Below are positions 47,760 through 56,123 of a stretch of 64,000 bases of DNA, in pieces. The position numbers were made by a program, and so were the translations under genes. This DNA is from Minutocellus sp. GHC0000111. Lineage: Eukaryota. The notes under the pieces are model-generated. The model was not told where the DNA came from. It saw nothing but the letters and a program-made list of their open reading frames with translations, and searched no databases. The stretch covers positions 1,364,001 through 1,428,000 of the forward strand of contig OZ361260.1 in the NCBI GenBank assembly GCA_977018835.1, in the 5' to 3' direction. Numbering within the stretch: position 1 is the stretch's first letter; every line of letters begins with the position of its first letter.

Positions 47760-49541
47760 ATGGCCGCCGCTACTGTGCGTGCGCTGGTCCTAGCGGCAAC
47801 GCTTGCTGCATCGATTCATGATGATTTCTTACATCGTACAATAACAGGCCAGGGGTTGCACGTAGCCGCTACCGGCAAAGGTGACAAAAAGAAAGATGAC
47901 GAAGCAATACATGCATGGAGAAGACTTGATAACAGAGACACTCGGTATCAGAAGCTACGCATACACTTCGATACCTCGAATCTCGACTCGATAGTCGATG
48001 AATATTATCAAACCATTGTTACGACAATCAAGAAGGACATCCTTCCCACCGTCGAAGAGACTTGGACATCGGCACTCTCGGTTCTGCCAGTGGAATCCTC
48101 CCTTTACTTTTTGGACGGAACATGCGGTCGTGACATCAAAATTCCTCGCCAATACGACCTTGTCGGACACAAGGGATCGGATCTCATTGTGTTTGTGGGT
48201 GGGTTCAAGATGGGAGATGCTGGTTGCACCGCGGACACCCGTGCTTTCGGCTCGCCGTGTTTGTTGGACGCGGCGACGGATCGACCTATCGTAGGGGCAC
48301 TTTGGTTCTGTCTAGATCGATTGGTTTATGATCTACAGTTGCAAAATGTTGACAAAAGCATTATTGCGCAGGCAGCAAATCATGAAATGGGCCATGTCCT
48401 CGCAATGTCCTCGGTGCTGTATCCGTTTTTTAGAGATGCGTCCACTCCAAGTCTTGAGCCGAGAACACCAGATCGAACGGCGAAGCAAGTTACTTGTTGG
48501 GATGGCACCGTTCGGACAATCCTAGTTCCAGACAGCTCAACCCTGAGGATAGACACAAGCGATGATACGGATCACACATTTTCCATTGTTACGCCAACAG
48601 TGGCTCAGGTGGTGCGAAATCATTTCGCGTGTCAAAAACTCGACGGCGCGCCATTAGAGAATCACAACATGAACTCCAAAGATTGCTTCGGGGATCATTG
48701 GGACGAGCAATTGTTCCACACCGAATTGATGGGAGGGACCCAGGCTGTTGAGAATGTGCTCAGTCCACTCACTCTTGCTTTGCTTGAGGACAGTGGGTGG
48801 TACAAAGCATCTTATGCTGGAGCTGGAATTTCGTCTTTTCGTCACATGGCTGGCTGTGATTTCGTAGAGAAGGATTGCATCGTCGATGGAGGGAACGTAC
48901 CACAATACAGCAAGGGCTTCTTTTGCAACAATACCATGTTTGTGAGGAATGGAGAGCTAAAGGGGTTCTATGAATGCGACGCCAGCCATACCTACGCTGC
49001 TCAGTGCGATCTCGCCGATCACTCAATGTTTGCAGCAGGATTTCAAACACCTCCTCCAGAGAAAGAATACCAGTACTTTGACAACCCGATTATTGGTCCG
49101 GTGAATTATATTCAGGCCGATTATTGCCCAATTGTACATGAGAATCCAATCAATTGCAAAGATCCGATTGGCATCGAAACTGTGGAAGGGGAAACCTTCG
49201 GGTCGGATTCTCTTTGCTACAACGCCAAGTTTCCGTCTCTCTTCGAGGGATCAACTGCACCCTTTGCCACATGCATGAAGAGCAAATGTAACGAGCAGAG
49301 TGGAAAGCTGGAAGTTTTTGTAAAGGGCTCAAAGTTTGTTTGCGATTTTGACTTTCAACTACATTCTTATCCCGGCCTAGGATCGTCAGATACTTTTGAG
49401 TGCCCGCGGCTGTCGGTTGTATGTCCTCACTTTATGTGCCCCAAAAATTGCAATGGAAAGGGAGTGTGCCAAGATAAGCACCGCTGTGAGTGTTTTGATC
49501 CAAGCGACAAAACTCCAGACTGCTCTAATACTCCATACTAA
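47760..49541 (+). CDS. Leishmanolysin/invadolysin-like M8 metallopeptidase; frame continues past the stop to 49685
   Basis: Signal peptide, DRPIVG, zinc motif HEMGHVL, GDHWDE..F..ELM, LTLALLEDSGWY and a Cys-rich EGF-like C-terminus. Confidence 0.9.
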   Translation: MAAATVRALVLAATLAASIHDDFLHRTITGQGLHVAATGKGDKKKDDEAIHAWRRLDNRDTRYQKLRIHFDTSNLDSIVDEYYQTIVTTIKKDILPTVEETWTSALSVLPVESSLYFLDGTCGRDIKIPRQYDLVGHKGSDLIVFVGGFKMGDAGCTADTRAFGSPCLLDAATDRPIVGALWFCLDRLVYDLQLQNVDKSIIAQAANHEMGHVLAMSSVLYPFFRDASTPSLEPRTPDRTAKQVTCWDGTVRTILVPDSSTLRIDTSDDTDHTFSIVTPTVAQVVRNHFACQKLDGAPLENHNMNSKDCFGDHWDEQLFHTELMGGTQAVENVLSPLTLALLEDSGWYKASYAGAGISSFRHMAGCDFVEKDCIVDGGNVPQYSKGFFCNNTMFVRNGELKGFYECDASHTYAAQCDLADHSMFAAGFQTPPPEKEYQYFDNPIIGPVNYIQADYCPIVHENPINCKDPIGIETVEGETFGSDSLCYNAKFPSLFEGSTAPFATCMKSKCNEQSGKLEVFVKGSKFVCDFDFQLHSYPGLGSSDTFECPRLSVVCPHFMCPKNCNGKGVCQDKHRCECFDPSDKTPDCSNTPY

Positions 49542-49717
49542 GCATATCTAGGACCCGAAAAGATGCAGGAATTGAACAAGGCTTTTGCCGCCACCAGTGA
49601 TGGCACTCGGAGAAAATACGGAACAACTGCGTTTATAGTATTGAGCTCATTGCTCGCTATCGCCACAATCGCCGACCCAAGATAGAAGTCCTTTACCATA
49701 ACTAAGTATGTTCTATG

Positions 49718-50881
49718 TTATTTGGACTTTGGTTTTACCTCGTAATTGAGCATCTCACGAATGTATATTTCATCTCGAGGGTGCTCTCGTTCACCTTCCT
49801 CAAATGTATACGAAGATGCAATAGCAAGCTCAGAGCCATCGGCGTTGAAAGTCATTGCCGCCACAGAGGTTGGAAATTTGGGGATACTGGTTAACTTCTT
49901 CTTATTACGACCGTCCCAAGTCACCACGGTGCCGTCACACCCACCCGTCGCGAAAGTTCCCAGAGTTGGGTGAAATGCGATCGCATTGACGGGATAGACA
50001 GTCTCTGCGACTCGGTGGCACTTGAAGGCATACTTCTTCTTCCCGCCGGAATCTAGACCAAGCTCCTCGAGGTACTCAATGGCCACACGTCCCTCGATCG
50101 ATCCCAGGGCAAGTCCAGTGCCATCATGAAAGAACTTGATTACTCGGGTCTGGTATTTGAGGGAGGACTCGCGCTCCAAGCGTAGAGTGGCAGATATGGC
50201 CCCGTTATCGGCGACAGATACGTCATAGATGCACGTCCTCCTTCCAGCCGTGGCAACGACGACCCGACCGATGACATTTCCATCGCCACCGCCGAGATTG
50301 GCCGTTGTTACGTCCATGCTAAATGCCTTTCCGGGAAGGTTCAGAGATACCGCCGGGTCCTTCAGCTCGGTCCTCACGTCCCAAATGTTGAGCGATCCGT
50401 CCCAACCGGCCGACACCACGAGGTGACCACCCCCAGCGCCAGGGCCCAGGGGCACCGTGCAGAGGCACGACACGGCACACTTTTCATTGCCGGCCCCGGT
50501 GCCGTGATAACCGATGACGCCAGATGTGCTGGCATCGATGTCGAGCTTGCGGACGGACCCGTCCATACCACCGGCATAAACGATGGCCCCGGTGCTGATA
50601 CTGCAACCGCCATCCCCCGTTTCACCCTGCGAGGGCGTTACAGATGGAGGAGCCGCATCGGCAGCAGCAGTCGCCAAGGAGAGGAGCGGGCCACCCTCCA
50701 TTTGCCGTTGCGTTACCAGCTGAGCATTGTCTTTGGCGGTTTCGTGGACGCGGATCGAGCCATCCCACGACGACGAGGCGATGAGGGACGACGATGGTAG
50801 GTAGCAAAGCGCGGTAATTCCGTCCGTCGGAGGGGAAGGGAGGGACCGTGGCTCGGGTGGAGGCGCAACTGGGGAGCTCAT
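49718..50881 (-). CDS. BUB3: Mitotic checkpoint WD40 protein BUB3
   Basis: SSWDGSIR, RESSLKYQTR, GSIEGRVAIE, KKYAFKCHR, YPVNAIAFHP, FATGGCDG and LAIASSYTFEEG. Confidence 0.93.
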   Translation of the reverse strand: MSSPVAPPPEPRSLPSPPTDGITALCYLPSSSLIASSSWDGSIRVHETAKDNAQLVTQRQMEGGPLLSLATAAADAAPPSVTPSQGETGDGGCSISTGAIVYAGGMDGSVRKLDIDASTSGVIGYHGTGAGNEKCAVSCLCTVPLGPGAGGGHLVVSAGWDGSLNIWDVRTELKDPAVSLNLPGKAFSMDVTTANLGGGDGNVIGRVVVATAGRRTCIYDVSVADNGAISATLRLERESSLKYQTRVIKFFHDGTGLALGSIEGRVAIEYLEELGLDSGGKKKYAFKCHRVAETVYPVNAIAFHPTLGTFATGGCDGTVVTWDGRNKKKLTSIPKFPTSVAAMTFNADGSELAIASSYTFEEGEREHPRDEIYIREMLNYEVKPKSK

Positions 50882-51085
50882 TGTCACGGTGCCGTTGGCT
50901 CCTGCTTTTTGCTTTATGTGACGGAATGACGAGTTGAGAGTTCCAGTTTTTCACAGCTCCCTCTTTTGTGCATTTTGACTGAGATTTCAACCCTGACTTC
51001 ACATCTCAGAGGAAAGATGAGATCGAGAGTTGAATGATGAGCGCTTGATGCTACTACGTAGCTAGGAATTCCTACTGCTTGCGCA

Positions 51086-52522
51086 ATGGACTTGGGCCCA
51101 GATATCCTACGTCAGCTGGCCCTCTTGCGAGAAGGATATGATTTTTCCGACGAGGACGATGATAATGACAACAACGACAGAGATCTGCGTCCGGCCCCGC
51201 CGCCCATTGCGGCGGGTCCCAACGAACGAACACTGCAGCGCTTATTTTCCCAGTCTCCCGTCCCCTGGGACGAAGTTATTGATCGACTCCGGGTGCATCC
51301 TGCCGAGGCATCGGTGTACGGATATCACAACCAAAGTCCACTACAGAAGTGCCTGATGGAGGAGGACCCGCCGATCCCACTTGAGGCAGTACAAGCGTTG
51401 ATAGAAGCGCACCCTCAGTCGACAAAGGATGTCGACGAAGAAGGTCGATCGGCCCTGTATTACGCCACGTATTACAAGCGAGAGAGTCGGATTGTCCAGG
51501 TTCTGTTGGCTGCATGTCCAGAAATGGTCAAGAGAGCAACTGACATGGGCACGCTACCCTTGCATGTGGCGTACACCGAGGCAACTGCTCGCCTGCTCGT
51601 GGAAGCCTATCCAGATGTGGCAAAGATGAGGGATGGTGATGGAGAGATTCCGTTGCATGGTGCTGCCTCTTGGGGAGAATCGGGCGCCGTACAGGTCCTT
51701 CTTTCCACTGGTCGGCAATATTATGTGGGGGGTCGGAGTGGTGCTAGTGGTGCCCTCGTGGCTGATAAAAGAGGGAAAACCCCTTTGGACAGATGCTGCG
51801 AGCTCATTGTGGCTACGAGTGAAAGAGTGGGTCAGGATCTTGTTTGGGGAGCTGGTCGAGGAGGAGGGTTGCGACAGAGCTTTATATATCGGCGATTGCC
51901 AATGGATGGCAATACGGCGTTGAGGGAGTTGGAGGGAGAAGAGGCAAGAGATATATGGCACAAGCTGGAACTCTTGGTGACGGAGGCAGCGGCTGTTGTC
52001 ATGGACATTATGCCGAGCGGAAACGAAAGTATCCCCCTCCTTCATGCTTGCGTGGCATTGGCCCTTCCTCCCGAAATTATTTGGCACTGTGCAAATCTGC
52101 ACCAAACTCAGCTGACCGAACGCGACAAAAGCAATGGTCGAACGCCACTTCACTGGGCGGCGAAAACAATCATTCAAAGACGAGACGAAGACGGTGGCAC
52201 GAATGATGCATCAGAGGTGGTCGATATATTGCTATTCTCATCAATTTTTGGCTCCGTTGCATCGGCCTCAATTGCTGATATGGACAAGAGGCTGCCGCTG
52301 AACTATGCGACAGAAATTGGAGCAGAATATGATGAGGGCATCGATGCTCTTGTTCGAGTGTGCCCTCGCTCATTGGAAGAGCGAGATGCCAGAACAGGTC
52401 TTTTCCCTTTTGCACTTGCTGCGTCTTGCAGTTCTCCGAAGATGAGTTCCAGTAGTGTCGACACGATCTACAGATTGCTGAGAGAGGCGCCATCTGTACT
52501 AGAATCGTCTTTATCGTCGTGA
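51086..52522 (+). CDS. Ankyrin-repeat protein
   Basis: GRSALYYA, GTLPLHVA, GEIPLHGA, GKTPL and GRTPLHWAA, plus C-terminal TGLFPFALAA...IYRLLREAP. Confidence 0.85.
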   Translation: MDLGPDILRQLALLREGYDFSDEDDDNDNNDRDLRPAPPPIAAGPNERTLQRLFSQSPVPWDEVIDRLRVHPAEASVYGYHNQSPLQKCLMEEDPPIPLEAVQALIEAHPQSTKDVDEEGRSALYYATYYKRESRIVQVLLAACPEMVKRATDMGTLPLHVAYTEATARLLVEAYPDVAKMRDGDGEIPLHGAASWGESGAVQVLLSTGRQYYVGGRSGASGALVADKRGKTPLDRCCELIVATSERVGQDLVWGAGRGGGLRQSFIYRRLPMDGNTALRELEGEEARDIWHKLELLVTEAAAVVMDIMPSGNESIPLLHACVALALPPEIIWHCANLHQTQLTERDKSNGRTPLHWAAKTIIQRRDEDGGTNDASEVVDILLFSSIFGSVASASIADMDKRLPLNYATEIGAEYDEGIDALVRVCPRSLEERDARTGLFPFALAASCSSPKMSSSSVDTIYRLLREAPSVLESSLSS

Positions 52523-52691
52523 TCTTTGTTTGATCTAGCTAGGGGGTGCCAATATTTTGATAACATTTATCATAGTGCATGCAAATATCAATGAGCTACA
52601 CTACATTCGCAACCAATATATAACTTCTTTACAAAGATTACAAAACAAATATGTGCTGGCTACAAATGAATATTTTGCTAACTTGATCTAA

Positions 52692-53276
52692 TTATCCAAT
52701 CCTGGGGGTGATTTTGACTTTGTTTTCCTCGTCGACATAGATCCGAACCCGATCGGTCCGAAAGTCCATCGTGACGATCGATCCATATGGTAGGATAACA
52801 ACATTCAAGCTTTCGTCGAGCAATTTGATGTGGTCCATGCAAATTATCGCGTCCTTATCCACGCACGAATCCCAGGGCCCGTTGGGTCCTTCTGTAGTTT
52901 CGCTGTCTTCATCGGTGTTGGCTCTCTTTCTCCATCGAAGTAGCCGTTGTTGGTTGGCGCTGTCTTCAACGGTGGAGTCTTCATCCTCGTCACCATTGTC
53001 GTTGTTTACAGTATTGGCCGCCATTTCCCAAATGAGTTCGTCAAATTTTGCCATTTTATTCATCAATGCCGTGGTAAGATCGGCATTATCATTGGCATTG
53101 GTCTGGGAACTGTCACCGCGAAAAAGAGAAGATTTGCCAATGCTACCGTCGCTGTTGGTGATCTCGGCGGGAAGTGGTCTCTTCAACACTCCGCGAAGGC
53201 GCTGGGCGTTGGTGGCAGTAGTCGACAAAGCGACGACGAGGAGAGCGAGGACAAAAGAGAGGTTGGTGGTCATCAT
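52692..53276 (-). CDS. Secreted protein with a C-terminal potato inhibitor I (I13) domain
   Basis: Signal peptide; C-terminal W...V....A...I......V..LP.GSIVTMDFRTDRVRIYVD...V..TPRIG. Confidence 0.88.
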   Translation of the reverse strand: MMTTNLSFVLALLVVALSTTATNAQRLRGVLKRPLPAEITNSDGSIGKSSLFRGDSSQTNANDNADLTTALMNKMAKFDELIWEMAANTVNNDNGDEDEDSTVEDSANQQRLLRWRKRANTDEDSETTEGPNGPWDSCVDKDAIICMDHIKLLDESLNVVILPYGSIVTMDFRTDRVRIYVDEENKVKITPRIG

Positions 53277-53581
53277 TGGTTTGTTGGAGTTTTTGAATTG
53301 GAGTGCAAATCGGTGAAAAATGAGACTGGTTGCAATCGTTGCATTGCAAGATCGATTTGGTTCGCGTCGATCGATCGTGCGAACCTTGTACGATTCTTTC
53401 TGATGGAGAAAAGAAAGCTCTTAGTGTAGATGCTTCGCATGTTTGATGAGATTTTCTTTCGGTTTGGTCAAAACTGTGCCCCAATACGCACGAAGTCAGG
53501 AGCGAATGAGACATCCAGTCGATTTGACCAAGCCTTGCACTTTCTTCTTCAACCGCCTTCCTTACAGAGAACCACCGAACG

Positions 53582-55313
53582 ATGAAGCTCTCCAGCTTCT
53601 CATTGGCGCTTTCCATTACCCTGTCGTCGGCAGTCGACTCATCTTTGGCATTTACCTTCATCGGTGGCCAAAATACGGCACGTCATGTCACGCCTTCGTC
53701 ATCTTCGTCGTCGACCAGCCCCAGCCGCACTCGTCTCTTTGGAATCCTCGATGAGATTGAGGGAGACTCATACAATCTGCTGGGCAACTCGGGTGACGAC
53801 GATGCGGAAAAAAAGCAGCAGCAGCGCAGCATGTCGGACGCCTACGAGGTATTCCTGGGCGAGCTCGTTTTCTCCCCCAACGATCCGCGCGTCGACATCG
53901 TGGAGAACTTTGATCTGGCCTGCGACCCTCAGTTTATGGACTGGCTCAATAAGAAGGTCGATTCGTCGACCGATCCCGAGGAGAAGGCCGCCCTCCGTGA
54001 CCTGTACGGGATGATTGTTGACGTGAAGAGAAAGGTCGAGATCAATGCCATGGCCGAGGAGCGTGCCGCCAAGGATAAGGAGGAGGCCGAGGCCAAGCGC
54101 ATCGCTGCGATCGATGCCGAAGTCGAGGCCGGCAAGGCCATGTCGGACACCGACGTCCTGCGCAAGGCCCAGGCCATTGACAGTGCCGGTATCGACACCG
54201 AGATCAAGACCCAGGCCGAGGAGAAGAAGACGTTCTATGATACCGAGCTTACCCCAGAGATTCGTCTGTCGTATGAGGACCTTCTCAAGGAGGTGCTGCC
54301 TCCTTACGCGCCCGGGACAACGGCGTCCTCCATCGCCTTCACGTACTATGACAGGTTCGATGCTCAGTTCGTCAAGGTCCTGACCGAGCGTTCCAACAAT
54401 GGAGATGACGATTCCCAGGTCTTGCTAGATGCCCTTGCCGTTGAGCAGTCCAAGCGCATCGCCGCCGCGACCGAGACTCTCAAGTCGGTCCTTGCCGAGG
54501 GCGAACCGATGAGAATGGAGGGTGCCATCGTCAGGTTGGCCCGCGAGGGCAAGATTGACGAGCCCTTCCTTCTGCTTTTGGAGGCCAACGCCAACCAGGC
54601 CGAGGCTGCCGGTGCTCAGGGACCGGCTCAGCTCATGAGGAAGCTGAGACAACGTGCCATGGCGGAGAAGGACAAGCAGAGCTCAAGCAAGGAGATCAAG
54701 CTCCTTCGGCAGCTGCTTCGTGAGGACGATTCAACTAAGCGTGAACAGATTCTTGAGGAGGCATTCACTCCCAAGGAGGCGCTCATTGTAAGTTGATGTA
54801 TTGACCATGTGTCGCTGCAGAGATCGTTTTGTTTTTGGTGGGTGTATTTATGAAGATCTTTACTAATCATGTCTCTCCTTTTTCACTTTCTCTAAACAGG
54901 TTCCCGGTACGGCAGAGAATGCTAGAAAGGCGGTGGATGGTGAATTGCCGAATGAGGAGGAGAAGCCCCAGCCGGAGGTACCCCCTCCTGATTTTATCAA
55001 TGCGTGCAAGGCCGTTCTGTTGAACTTTGGCAACCTGAGCAGTGATGACGATAGGGGTGATCTCGCATCTCGAATTAAGCAACTCGCCAGCGAGGCCGAG
55101 GTAGTCGCAACGAAGATTTATGGCAAGGGAATGACAGCACGAGAGCAGCAGGATCGCGCATGGTCGGAGCAGACGACGTCCATCTTTGATCTGGAGCGTA
55201 TGGAAATTGAGGCCGAGCGAATGGGCGAGACCGCGCCGTGGGCTGTTGGTGCTAGCGAGGATATTTTGCCTGGTTTCGACGCGGATGGGAAGATGAGTGT
55301 CGGTGGCAACTAA
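53582..55313 (+). CDS. Plastid-targeted helical protein resembling the At4g37920-like family; exons 53582-54787 and 54900-55313
   Basis: Signal peptide followed by LAFTF. Motifs LAREGKIDEPFLLLL and KEIKLLRQLL..DD...R...L..AFTP, with the family recalled from memory rather than searched. The GT-AG intron 54788-54899 is in frame. Confidence 0.7.
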
Positions 55314-55523
55314 ATGCCTGTGCTCTACAAAGGCTACACAATAAGATTGAAGAAGAAATATTTTGCATCATTGAATCGATGCCGGTAATTCTATGTGTGA
55401 ATTTGCAGTACTTAACTACATACTTGGCTTTACACGTGCTACGTAGTACCAGTCATTAGCTCGGCTTCATGTATGCAATACTCCCCAGAGAAAGAACATT
55501 GAAGCTACTTCGCAAAGTTCCAC

Positions 55524-55886
55524 CTATACTTTTTCTTCTCCGCCCGATGATCGCTTTTTGCTGCCATCGCCGGCTTTCCCTCCTCCAGACGCCTTCTCTC
55601 GCTCAATTTTCTCCGTCAAAAATTTGTCCCATGCCGTTTGCGCCTCGTTTGCGCAACCAATCAGTAGCGCTATCGGCCCACCCTCTTTCGGAGGCTTGAA
55701 GGGACCATGATCATGCATTCCAGTGTACACGTACGATCCAGGTTCAGCCTTGGTGGCACTCTCTCCCTGCGCCAAGCCCACTGTGGCGGTGCTCACGTTG
55801 CTTGCATCGAACGTCTGCTCGGTAGTGCTGCTGCACGCCGCTCCTTCTTGCGTCTGCGGTATGGTAAACGTCTGTCGTATGGACAT
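55524..55886 (-). CDS. Small hypothetical protein (120 aa)
   Basis: ATG in GCCATG context, protein-like composition, and convergent with the preceding gene across an AT-rich spacer. No recognised domain. Confidence 0.55.
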   Translation of the reverse strand: MSIRQTFTIPQTQEGAACSSTTEQTFDASNVSTATVGLAQGESATKAEPGSYVYTGMHDHGPFKPPKEGGPIALLIGCANEAQTAWDKFLTEKIEREKASGGGKAGDGSKKRSSGGEEKV

Positions 55887-56042
55887 GGCTGTTCGGATGT
55901 GTTAATTCTAGTAGCTAGAGAGACTATTGGCTGATGGAGTTATGGCGGTGGGCCTCACTTTCGTGCTTGGCCTTGCTGATCGGGTTTGCTTGTGGTCGAT
56001 GGTCGAATGAGGGGCGGTGGTGCTGGCGATGGCGCAACCGTA

Positions 56043-56111
56043 CGAAGTCCGTTTCGCGAGAAATCGAGCGCAGGGTCGGGACCAAAACAGCGACATTTTG
56101 GGCCCGCAACC
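56043..56111. mobile_element. Orphan ~70-bp transposon end (3'-type TIR plus subterminal sequence)
   Basis: Matches 18662-18731 in the same orientation, including an identical 29-bp TIR, and is preceded by TA (56041-42). Confidence 0.85.
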
Positions 56112-56123
56112 GCCTGAATCTTA

